A stretch of DNA of 64,000 nucleotides from an uncultured Holophagales bacterium (lineage in GTDB: Bacteria > Acidobacteriota > Thermoanaerobaculia > Multivoradales > UBA5704). Below the pieces are notes generated by a model. That model did no database searches. It saw only the letters and a program-made list of their open reading frames with translations, and was not told where the DNA came from. Positions 8,911 to 18,914 of this stretch are shown here, one piece after another. Within the stretch, counting starts at the first letter, position 1; each line of letters begins with the position of its first letter. The translations under genes were made by a program, and so were the position numbers. The stretch lies in contig CAWJGT010000003.1 of the NCBI GenBank assembly GCA_963842525.1, positions 1,280,001 through 1,344,000 on the forward strand, given 5' to 3'.

Positions 8911-9345
8911 TCAGCCACAGTAGCCAGAGCAGAACCACGCGGTACCTCCGTCACACCGACAGCAGTCGAAGCACGTGGTGTCGTAATCGACGCAGTTCTG
9001 GCAGAACGAGCAGGACTGGCACCAGTGGGTCACGCCGTCGCACGTCACGTGTCCCTGCTCACCTACCGAACAGTTCCGGTCCACTGCCACGCAGGAGCTA
9101 TTGCCAGTGCAGTACTGGAAATGTCCCCAGGGCGAGCAACTCGCCTGGGCACTGCAACTGGAGAACTCGCCCACACCACCTCCCGCCCCGGAGCGCCCGC
9201 CGCTCTGAGTCGCCGCGGGGCAGACGTTGGCGGTCGAGGCCTGAAGCGAAATCAGCGCCAAGTCGGCGGGGGTCTCGTTCGGCGTGGCGACGCCGGCAGC
9301 CGGGACAAAAGCGACGACACAGGCGGTAACCCATGGAAGCTTCAT
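8911..9345 (-). CDS. Secreted Cys-rich miniprotein 2 (144 aa, 16 Cys in last 81 aa)
   Basis: GGGAGGAAG RBS before ATG; signal peptide, Gly-rich linker, Cys-rich domain. Confidence 0.8.
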   Translation of the reverse strand: MKLPWVTACVVAFVPAAGVATPNETPADLALISLQASTANVCPAATQSGGRSGAGGGVGEFSSCSAQASCSPWGHFQYCTGNSSCVAVDRNCSVGEQGHVTCDGVTHWCQSCSFCQNCVDYDTTCFDCCRCDGGTAWFCSGYCG

Positions 9346-9796
9346 ATCGACTTCCTCCCTTGCGCTTAGCTTATAACAGAACGCTGCATAGGCGACAAGG
9401 GCTGCGCCCAAGTAGAGGGCCTCGTGGCTCGCCTTGCCCGCCCGGAGAGGCAATCGTGGTCGAGCAGGCAGCGCGAGGGCAAAGCTCCCGTGGTCAGGCC
9501 CGCGAATTGCTGCGCAACTCGCTACGGTTGCACTTGGATCCAGTCCCAAACGACGCAGCTTGGCCTCCGCTTCGCTGCGGCCAAACTCCCCGGTCTGCTC
9601 ATCTCCGCCGGCGTCGCCGCCGCCGGCACCTGGGGCCTCGGCGAGGCTGCTTATGTCGCGGTGGATACGCTTAGACGCCGTGGATAGGCTTATCCAGCGG
9701 TGGATATCGGGCCCCGGACCGGATACGGACCGCCAGGGCAGATCAGCCTCGTCACGGCTGCGGCCCCTTCGGTCTGCGCGCATACGCCGCGACGGG

Positions 9797-10032
9797 TCAA
9801 ACCCGGCCATGAGCCCGGCGGACCGAAGCGGCGACCTGGCCGACAAGATCGACGGTGACCTCCTCGGCCTCGGCGGCCTGCTGAAAGAGGAGCAGGGCAG
9901 CTAGCGCATCAGGATGCACCCCGCCGGCCTCGAAGATCGGGAGCATCTCGGCGGCGAGCTGCCGGATCCTGGCCGTATCGCCGCGGCGGGCGTGAAGAAC
10001 CACCAGATCCAGAGAGACCAGGGCGGCATCGA
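9797..10032 (-). pseudogene. 3' remnant of TPR-like helical protein gene (copy 2)
   Basis: DAALVSLDLVVLHARRGDTARIRQLAAEMLPIFEAGGVHPDALAALLLFQQAAEAEEVTVDLVGQVAASVRRAHGRV*. Confidence 0.75.
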
Positions 10033-10354
10033 GCTCGGCGAGCGTGGTCCGCGTGGCGGCCCTTGCCGCGCTCCTCGAAGCCCGGCTTCAAGTCGAAAAT
10101 CTCCTCGTCCAGGCCGGGGATGCCGAGCTCGCCCGCGCCCTCGGGACCGAAGCGGGCCATCACCTCGAGCACGACCTGGGCATTCTCGTCGCTGCGCGCC
10201 ACCCAGGACGGCGGCGTCGCGGCGGAAGCAGTGGTGGACCAGGCCAGCGCCAGCAGGGCGGCGGCGCCCAGCGCGCGGCGGAAGGGTACAGGGATCGATC
10301 TATTCGGAAGTCACGATGTCTCCTTCGGAATTGCAGAGGTTAGCGTTCCCGGAC
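10029..10354 (-). pseudogene. Diverged duplicate of the DUF885 gene 5' end and RBS
   Basis: Colinear with 2066-2390 (ARSDENAQVVLEVMARFGPEGAGELGIPGLDEE); early stop and frameshift. Confidence 0.85.
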
Positions 10355-10684
10355 TGAGGTTGGCCATCTAAACAAGTGTCGGCAGCGGTCAATTCATTCC
10401 AGATCCTCCGCGAGCGCCCGGCCGGGCCGGAAGTGCCACCCGGGTGATCGAGAAGAGGACCGAGGTGCCTCTCCAACCTCTTGCCAACTGACGCCATGGC
10501 TTACCGTGTGTGTTCGCGGCAGGGCGCCGGCCCGGGCGCCCCTGCCGCATGTCCTTCGTATCCCGCTTGGCGAGCCCGCGCTTCGGTGGGCTTTGGATGA
10601 GATAGCGAGGCTTCTGACAGCAGTTGTCCGAATAAAGCTGGAGAACATGCCGCTTTCCAGACAACAGAAAAGGAAAAGGACACC

Positions 10685-11164
10685 ATGACAACCCAGACTC
10701 GCAGTCAACTGAGCCGTATCAAACCAAGGATCGTGATCCTCGGTTTCCTTGCCATCGCCCTGACACAGAGGGCTGCCGACGCCGGGCCGCCTCCTAAGGC
10801 GGTGTTCTTCGGCTCGGGGGGTAACCTGGTATCCACTACCTCCCGTTTTCCTGTCTTCGTCGACCTCGTACCGACCCCAGGCCAGGTGATCACCACGACG
10901 GGCCAGTCAACGATCCTCGTCGAGTTCTTCGGTTCCGCCCGCTTGAGCGAACCAGGGGCTTCGATGGACGTCCGCGCGACCATCGACGGCAAGCCGCTGT
11001 TCAGTACCAATGGGCGTACAAGCTCTGGCAGCAGCATCGGCTATTCCGCCTTCGTCACCAACGTCGGGCCCGGACAGCACACTGTCACCATGCAGTGGAA
11101 CGTGACCGGGGGGACCGGTTTCATGTTGGGCCGGACCTTCATCGTCTGGGTCTTCCCGCAATAG
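10685..11164 (+). CDS. Secreted beta-rich hypothetical protein
   Basis: AAAGGA RBS; signal peptide ending ADA; alternating beta pattern ending GQHTVTMQWNV...RTFIVWVFPQ. Confidence 0.75.
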   Translation: MTTQTRSQLSRIKPRIVILGFLAIALTQRAADAGPPPKAVFFGSGGNLVSTTSRFPVFVDLVPTPGQVITTTGQSTILVEFFGSARLSEPGASMDVRATIDGKPLFSTNGRTSSGSSIGYSAFVTNVGPGQHTVTMQWNVTGGTGFMLGRTFIVWVFPQ

Positions 11165-11264
11165 GACCGGTGACCAGCCCACACGTTTCGCTCCCCTTCC
11201 CCACCGGTCCCACCACCAAGTGGAAGAGGGGGAATGAGCGGTGAGTCGGCGCGTGCGGTAGTGC

Positions 11265-11292
11265 GTAGGGGCGCAGCATGCTGCGCCCCTAC
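11265..11292. repeat. GTAG-family REP palindrome
   Basis: GTAGGGGCGCAGCATGCTGCGCCCCTAC perfect palindrome. Confidence 0.8.
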
Positions 11293-11402
11293 GCCGCGCA
11301 CAGACGAATGCGGGAGAGGTGGCGCATCCATGTCCTCGTACAAAAGATCTAGCGGACCGGACAGGTGGGTGCCGACAGGTGCCACCCATTAGAAGGCTCT
11401 TG

Positions 11403-11900
11403 TCAACGACCCACACGTCTCCCTCCCGGGAGTGTTCGTTTCAAGAACGGCTCGTTCCGGCAAGATGTGCTCCCTTGTCGGGTTTGCGCGCCCGTGGACA
11501 CCAATCGTTCTTTAACCCCGTGGCTCAAAATGTACGCGAGGCGTTCAGCTTGGGCCTGAGGCTCGTCGCTGATCACGATGGCCTGATACCGCCGGGCCCA
11601 GATGCCGTGCCTCCAGCCGGTCAGCCGCTGGACCTCGAGGGCCAGGCCAGAATTGATATCGCGCATGAAGTCAGCGAGTTGTTTAGCATCGGTGACCCGC
11701 AGCAGCAGGTGATAATGATTTGAAGCAAATACCGCGGCAATGGCGACGCTCTCGTAGATTCGCTGGGCGCGGCCGAGAATGCCGACGATGACGTCGTTGA
11801 GCTCCGGGCTGGGCCGGAGGAGGAAGCGGCGCTGGACAGTGCGGCAGGTGACCTCGACGAGGGCGCCTCCTTCGGGGATGAACCGCAGTCTCCTGGCCAT
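11403..11900 (-). pseudogene. REP-associated tyrosine (Y1/HUH) transposase, probably C-terminally truncated
   Basis: VEVTCRTVQRRFLL, NHYH (HUH), WARRY, LAYILSHGVKERLV, then unrelated sequence. Confidence 0.75.
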
Positions 11901-12274
11901 GCGGGGGCACGGAGAGGCAAGACGGCTGCCAACTCGGGCCTCCAGGGCAAGTTGTTGATTTCAAGCGACTTGCTGGTAATCGAGCGTGGGGCAGCCTCGC
12001 ACTCGTGTCCAGTTATCTGGCGGGGGTAAGAGCGAAATGGCCTGCAAAGGCCTGTCGCTGTTGGGTTTTGGTCCGTGTCAAGTTATTATGCGGGGGTGCA
12101 GAATCTTTTGCGGGCGACCCAAATCGCGGTGTCTCGGGAGTTGGAGCGGCGGGTCCAGAGCGGGACAGTACTTCGAGGGCGAGGTAATCGCGCCCTTCTT
12201 CCATGAGAAGCACGAGCATCCGCTTCCGCCGAGAATTCTCTGACACCCAGGATCGACCAAAAAGGGAACGAATA

Positions 12275-12784
12275 GTGGGCAAGGACATACGCGCTTTCAT
12301 CGAGTACCGCTCGGCGTCTGATGATATTTGGCGGTCACAGAGTGAGGTATTTTTGGAGCGAGAATATCGTCTTTTTGCCGCAATAACGGGAGTTCATTAC
12401 ACGGAAGACACCACCACTTTGTTCGAACCGCGTGGATTCCCGGCAGACGCCTCTGCATTCGCGCAACGCGCATACTACGCCCACATCGTGCCGGACCAAG
12501 AATTCGTCCATAATGGGTTGACGCGGTTCGTTCGCGCGAGCGATGTCGCCGGCATAATCAACAGTGGCGGACATTACCGACATCAATCGAAGGACATAAT
12601 TTCTCATCCAGATGCGCTATACCCATCATGGCTGAGCATCAGCGAGATTCAGAACGCTCTGCGGGCGATCGGGATCAGAAGCGAAACACTCGGCATTTCC
12701 TGGCAACTCGCCCTCCGCACGATGCAGGCGATCGAGGCCGAGTTCCATGCAGAAGTGCGGCTCGCATTCTGGTTTGAGATCTGA
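12275..12784 (+). CDS. Hypothetical protein, lower GC, followed by a half attC site
   Basis: GTG start (MGKDIRAFIEY...FEPRGFPADAS...VRLAFWFEI); GCCTAAC begins 6 nt after the stop. Confidence 0.7.
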   Translation: MGKDIRAFIEYRSASDDIWRSQSEVFLEREYRLFAAITGVHYTEDTTTLFEPRGFPADASAFAQRAYYAHIVPDQEFVHNGLTRFVRASDVAGIINSGGHYRHQSKDIISHPDALYPSWLSISEIQNALRAIGIRSETLGISWQLALRTMQAIEAEFHAEVRLAFWFEI

Positions 12785-12789
12785 GCACC

Positions 12790-12830
12790 GCCTAACTCGC
12801 GGTAGAAGCCGACCCCCGGCTTCGGTCTGC
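12790..12830 (+). other. Left half of an attC-like site (truncated)
   Basis: GCCTAAC-TCGCG-GTAGAAGCCGAC; no matching right arm seen. Confidence 0.45.
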
Positions 12831-13071
12831 CCGGAATAGGTGCCTGGGGTTTCTTGGGGCGCCGGCAGGCGCGAAGCGCCTATTTTGGGTCACGAGAGCC
12901 TTCCCTCCACGGTGTCTTTATCGACACCCTCGGTACGGAGAAGCGCCATGGTCCTGAATGCCTTATCCCTTCGCCAACGGCGTTGACGAGGTGTCGAAAG
13001 AGGTGTAAGGTCTTGGAAGCCTCTGAGAACAGGAGAGATCGTGGGCCGCCTCCGGAAGTTCCTGGCAGCAC

Positions 13072-13269
13072 CTACTCGCAATAGGCAGTCCACCCGAGGT
13101 GGTCGAATATTGGGTTGCTGCCGTCCCATCTAGGAAATTCGTGGAACCAGTACGGGACCAACAGCTCTCCGCGCCGCAGGAGCGTCTGAACTGCCGCACG
13201 TGCCACACCGGCCTGCGGCTCACGCGACCGCGTCATCCGGGTGAGCAGGTTTGTGTCGAGCAGGATCAT
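13072..13269 (-). pseudogene. PIN/VapC toxin remnant
   Basis: MILLDTNLLTRM...ARAAVQTLLRRGELL, then degenerates; ATGA overlap with upstream antitoxin. Confidence 0.65.
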
Positions 13270-13492
13270 TCGCCTTCCCCGCGCGTATAGACCGCTTCGC
13301 GCGTATCGTCCAGGCCTCAACATCCACCATGTAGGGGCGCATTTCGGCGAAAATGTCCTCGCCGTCCGGCATCCACGCCTCCGCCGGTGCCGGCTCTTCC
13401 ACAAAGACGATGGCCTCGCGTATCTCGCCGGGCATCCGGGCAAGGTTCTCGGCGATTTGCTGCTTCGGCCCTCTGAGCACGTGCGCTTGCAT
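13266..13492 (-). CDS. Putative antitoxin (one frameshift)
   Basis: Small acidic ORF; the alternative frame ends DDTREAVYTRGEGE* overlapping the PIN start. Confidence 0.55.
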
Positions 13493-13565
13493 ATTCAACT
13501 CCGTAGGCCATACCGTTCGATTAGACCCGACTTCCGACGGCTAACCGAACAGCATTTTTGTTTAA

Positions 13566-13801
13566 GAGGGTGTTTGGAAATTGAGCCCCGCAGGGGCGGA
13601 CGGAATTAGCCCGGGCATTCATGCCCGGGAAGGGAAGGCCAAACCCTCCATCCAGCCCCGTCAGGGGCGGCAGGAGGCCCTGCCAGCCGGATTCCTGTCG
13701 TCCCTGGCGGGGCTCCGGGAATTTTGGATGCCTGATTCCCGGGCATGAATGCCCGGGCTAATCCCGGTCGCCCCTACGGGGCTGATTTTCCAGACACCCT
13801 C
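13566..13801. mobile_element. MITE-like element enclosing a REP doublet
   Basis: TIRs GAGGGTGTTTGGAAA / TTTCCAGACACCCTC with TAA on both flanks; internal AGCCCGGGCATTCATGCCCGGG and inverted copy. Confidence 0.75.
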
Positions 13802-14099
13802 TAAGACTTACGGGACACCGTGGGAGCGTAAGAATTTGCTCGCATTGCACAGTCCATAGAGGCCGTGGGGAATTCGCCGGAGCCACGGCGGGAGTTCACC
13901 TTCTGTCGAAAAGGCGCTCCCGCCCGCCGCCCGAGTGGCTCCGGCGGTCCACGGTACTCGGGTGAGCCCGGATCGATCCAGATGACTCTTGATGCGCGCT
14001 CATTCGGCCATCCCGCCGCGGATGGCCCCTGATCCTCGTTCTTTCCGCCTTGTCTCCAGAGGAGCAAAACAGCTCGGCTCGACTCAAGGAGGAAAGAAC

Positions 14100-15897
14100 A
14101 TGAAGAAGTCTCTGAAGGTTCTGGGAGCGGCGGCCCTTGCGGCAGGAATTCTCCTGCTGCCTCTGGAGGGGCGCGCGCAGACGGAGGTGAGGGCCGGTTC
14201 GTCGGAGGTCTCCTGGACACCACCGGTAGAGAGCGAAGGAGCCGTCCTCGTAGTCTCGGGCCCGGAGGGAACCGCCTTCCGCCGCGATTTCAAGGCCGGC
14301 GAGACGCCCACCTTCAGCGTGTTCGACGCCGATGGGAAGCGCCGGACGGACGGCAGCTACACCTGGGAGGTGCGGACGATTCCGGCGTTGAGCGATGAGG
14401 TCCGCAAACAGCTCGCGGCGGCCCGCGCGAGCGGCGACGACGAGGCCATGAATGATCTTCTCGCGGAGCTGCGCCGAACGGGCGCGTTGCCCGCGGAAGA
14501 ATCGTTCGTGCTGACGGGCTCCTTCGTCATGGAAAGCGGCGCCATCCTGGCCGCAGGCCTCGCTGAGCCGGAACGCCGGAAAGGCCCGCGGGGAAAGGCC
14601 TCGAGCAGCGCCAAGCCCATTCCCGTGACGGCCGCGGATCAGGTGACTGCCGATGACCTGATCGTTCAGGGCAGCGCCTGCATTGGCGTGGATTGCGTCA
14701 ATAACGAAAACTTCGGCTTCGACACCGTCCGGCTCAAGGAGAACAACACCCGGCTCAAGTTCGAGGACACCAGCGTCGGGACCTTCCCCACCACCGACTG
14801 GCAGCTCACTGCCAACGACTCCTTCAGCGGCGGCGCCAGCAAGTTCTCTATCGAGGACATCTCAGGCGCGAGAGTGCCGTTTACCATCAGCGGCGGCGCC
14901 GCGACGAATTCGATCTTTGTCGACATTACCGGCCGGGTCGGTTTTCGGACCGCCACGCCGGTGCTCGACCTGCACGTCCATACGTTCGAACACGCCGGCC
15001 CTGCGTCTCGAACAGAACAGCTCCGGCGGCTTTACCGCCCAGACCTGGGACGTGGCCGGCAATGAGGTCGATTTCTTCGTCCGCGACGTCACCGGCGGCT
15101 CGCTCAAGCCTTTCCGCATCCGGCCCGGCGCACCGACCAGCTCGATCGATATCAGCCCCTCGGGCAAGGTCGGTTTCGGTATCGCGAGCCCCGCGGTCAA
15201 GCTCGATGCCCGTGGTGCGACCGCGGCGGACTCGTCGCTGGCGCTCGCCACGGTCAGCGATACGGAGTCGCCGCAGGTCGTGCTCCGGCATGCGCGCGGA
15301 AGCCTGACGACGCCCATGGCGACCCAGCAGGGCGACGTGCTCGGGACTCTCGCCTTCGGCGGCCACTATGGCAGCGGTTTTACGACGTCCGGCGGCGCGA
15401 CGGTGCACGCCTATGCGGAGCAGCCCTGGGGATCGAGCAGCGCCGGCGCCGGCCTCATCCTCTCCACCACGGGTGTCAACAACACCTTCGCCCAGGCCCG
15501 CCTAGCGATCCGGCACCACGGCTACGTCGGCATCGGGACGATCCAGCCCAGGGAGAAGCTCGAGGTCTGGGGCGGCAACATTCTCGTCACCGGCGGCAGC
15601 TACCTCGACGACGGCACGACCTTGAACGTTCCGGACTACGTCTTCGAGCCGGATTATGAATTGATGCCGCTCGCCGAGCTGAAATCGTTCATTGAGCGGG
15701 AGAGGCACCTGCCGAACGTCCCGAACCGCGACGAGGTCAAGGCGAAAGGCCTAAACCTCAGCGACTTTCAGATGCGGCTGCTCGAAAAGGTCGAGGAGCT
15801 GACGCTCTACACGGTGCGGCAGCACGACGAGATCCAGGCGTTGCGGGCCCAACTGGCGGAGGTGGAGAAGGGGCTCCGGGGCGAGAAGCCGCGGTAG
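14100..15897 (+). CDS. Secreted fibre-like protein with C-terminal intramolecular-chaperone-like/coiled-coil region (one +1 frameshift near 14985)
   Basis: AGGAGG RBS, signal peptide; DQVTADDLIVQGSACIGVDC; G.VG.GT repeats; PDYVFEPDYELMPL...HLPNVP...LLEKVEELTLY. Confidence 0.75.
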
Positions 15898-15909
15898 CCG
15901 GTACGCTTT

Positions 15910-18899
15910 TTACAACAGCTCGCCGGCCAGACGGGCGATCTTCCTGTAGCGCCCCGCTGTAGCATCGCGGCGCAGCTCCTCGGCGAGGGTGCGCACGCGC
16001 TCGGGGTGGTCGCCCCTCGCCAAGGCCAGGCGCGCTTCCAGCAGTCGTGCATCCATCAGCAGGGTGCCGAACGAGAGGCGCCGGCATTCCGCGCCGGCAA
16101 TACCGAGCCATCGTTCCGCTTCTCTCCAGCGGCCGGTGTGCAGTGCGAGGTCGGCTCGCGCCAGCGCGATCTCGATGCGGAGCTTCCGGCTTCTCTGCGG
16201 TCAGCTCGGCGCTCGCGGCCGCATCGATCCATGGCAACGCCCGTTGGGGAGAGCCCGCTTCGCTCCAGCAGCGGGCAGCCCAGACCTGCACCGTCACGGC
16301 CGACTGATCGCCGAGGCCCTGGAGCTTCCCGAGCCTTCGCCTCCAGGCCTCGGCAGACCGTTGCATCACGGGGCTCGGCAAGATAGGTGCGGCCGGCGCG
16401 GACATAGGCGAGGGCATCCTTCTCGCCGGCCTTCTCATGCAGGGCGGCAGCCTCGTCCAGCCAGCGGAGCATCCGCTCGCGGTCGTCTTCGAGAGCAGCG
16501 AGCCTGGCTCGGGCCTGGAGCACAAAGGCGAGATGGCGCGGGACGCCGACGCTACGGCCCACCGTCTCCGCCTCGACCAGGAGCGTTTCAGCTTCCGCCA
16601 GCGAGCCGCGCACGATCAGCGTTGTCGCGAGGGTCTCGAGCGAGAGCACAAGGCCGCGCTGGTCGCTGGTCTCCCGCCGGAGCGCCACCGCCTTGCGGAG
16701 AGTCTCCTCAGCCTGCGGCAGGCGGCCCAGCTCGAGCTCGGCATGCGCCAGGTTATGCAGGAAGCGGCCTTCGTCCAGCCGGTTGTTGGATGCCCTTCCG
16801 GTCAGGAGCGCCGCGGCGAAGGCCTCCCGGGCCTCGAGAAGGCGGCCGCGATGCGTGTGCAGCCCGCCGAGAGCGCTGAGCACCAGAGCGGCTCCGCTAG
16901 GGCTGCCCACGCGCTGGTACAGGCGGAGGCCCTCGGCGCAGTCTCTCTCCGCTTCCTCGTGGCGGGCCTCCTGGACGCTCACGACACACGTAAGCTGCCA
17001 GGTGTTGGCGGCGCCGAGGATCTCTCCCTGGGTGAGAAACATCTGCCGCGCCCGCCCGGCCAAAGCTCGCGCCTGGCCGGTGTTGCCCAGATGATTGTGG
17101 GAGGCCGCCTGAAAGTGGATGATGCGGGCCTCGATCGCAGGGAGGCCGCGCGCCCTGGCCTCTGCGACGACGGCGGGAGCCCGGTCGAGGGCGTCCTGCG
17201 ATCGGCCCATCTGCCCGAGGGCCTCGAGCTCGGCGAGGCCTATCCGCGGATCCGTCCCCGCGGGCGGTGGCAGCGCACGGAGCTTCGCAGCCACGTCGTA
17301 AGACTCCTGAGCGTTGACTCGCACCACGCTCCGTGCGAGCAGCAGACCGATCTCCAGGTTGCCCGGCCGGAGGAGCCACAGCGAACGGTAGACCTTCGCC
17401 GCCTCGGTGTTCTTCCCGGTAGTGCGCAACGCCATGGCTTCGACCAGAAGCCGGCTCTCGCGCGGCAGATCGGTCGCCAGAGCGAGTGCCCGCTGAGCTT
17501 CAGCCCGGGCTTCCAGATCCTGGCCGGCGAGCGTCAGCCCGTGCGCCAGAGCGGCGTGAACAACGGGATGGCGAGGATCGGCGGCGGCGGCCGAACGCAG
17601 GTGTCGGATGGCGGCCGGGCTTTCGCGGCGATCGAGCGCGGCGAGGCCCGCGCGGTAGCTCTCCTCGGCGGCGGAGGAGACCGGCAGGGCCAGCCAGGGT
17701 GACGCGTTCGGCCGATCGTTCCCGCCGCGGTCAGCCTTCCACGGCGCCCACAGCCAGGCTCCGGCCGCCAGGAGCGCGACGAGCGCCAGGTTGAGCAGGA
17801 GCCCGCGCCGGCGGCGCGCCATTTTGCCGGCACGGTAGAGCTGCGAGCCGCGCCGCGCCCGTACGGGCTTGCCTTCGAGGTGGCAACGCAGATCTGCCGC
17901 AAAGTCGGCGGTCGAGGCGTAGCGGGCGCCAGGCTCCTTGCGCAGCGCCTTGAGCAGGATGGCGTCGAGGTCGCCGCGCAGCTCGCGGCGGCGGGCGCTC
18001 GAAGGGAGGTCCGGCTCCTGCTCGCGAATGGCGCGGTCGAGCGTCTCGCGGCTGGTGTCCGAGAGCCGGTACGGCCGCCGGCCGGTGAGAAGCTCGTAGA
18101 GGACGACGCCCAGCGAGTAGATGTCCGAACGAGCATCGACCGCCTCGCCGCGCACCTGCTCCGGGCTGGCGTATGCCGGCGTCATGGCACGATGCAGAGT
18201 GTGCGTCGTCTCCAGGACGCCGTCCTGGTGGAGGCGGGCGATGCCGAAGTCCAGCAGCTTGGGCTCGCCGCGGTCCGAGACCAGGATATTGCCGGGCTTG
18301 AGGTCGCGGTGGACCACCTTGGCGGCGTGCGCGTACCCGACCGCTTCGAGCACGGCGAGGAAAAGCTCGAGCCGGGTGCGCAGCGAAGCCTGCACCTTCT
18401 GGCAATAGACCAGGAGGTTTTCGCCCTCGACGAGCTCCATAGCCAGGTAGGAGCGGTCCGAAGGCGCGATGCCGGCGTCGTAGAGCCGCGCGATCCCCGG
18501 GTGCTCCAGGGCGGCAAGGATGCGCTGCTCGGCGCGAAAGCGGCGGGCGAGCGCAGGGTCCGGCCCCCAATCCACGATCTTGAGCGCGACCCGCCGGCTG
18601 AAGCCCTCTCCCTGCTGCTCGGCCAGGTAGACGACGGAGCTGCCGCCGCGTCCGATCTGCCGCAGGAGACGATAGCCGGGCACCTCCTCGCGCGCCGCCG
18701 CCTCGCCGAAGAAGGCGCCGGCAGGACGATCGAGAGCCGGCACCTCGCGTGCCGCGGCAGCGAGGAGCTCTTCGATCTCCCGCCGCAATTCGCCGTCGTC
18801 TCCGCAGACTTCGGCCAGCGTCCGTTCCCGCGCCTCAGCCGAGACCTGGCTCGCGCGGTGAAAGGCCGACTCGACGAGAGCGAAACGCGCGGCGTCCAT
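15910..18899 (-). CDS. Membrane Ser/Thr kinase with extracytoplasmic TPR repeats (two +1 frameshifts near 16330 and 16185)
   Basis: IGRGGSSVV, VALK, HRDLKPGN, DFG, YASPEQ; TM helix; TPR-like helices; frames rejoin to TAA at 15910. Confidence 0.9.
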
Positions 18900-18914
18900 T
18901 TCGATCAGGTTCGA

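Noticed and set aside
3323-9345. RiPP (ranthipeptide/lanthipeptide) cluster
   Set aside because: No radical SAM, LanM, YcaO or peptidase-transporter genes nearby; the peptides have Sec-type signals
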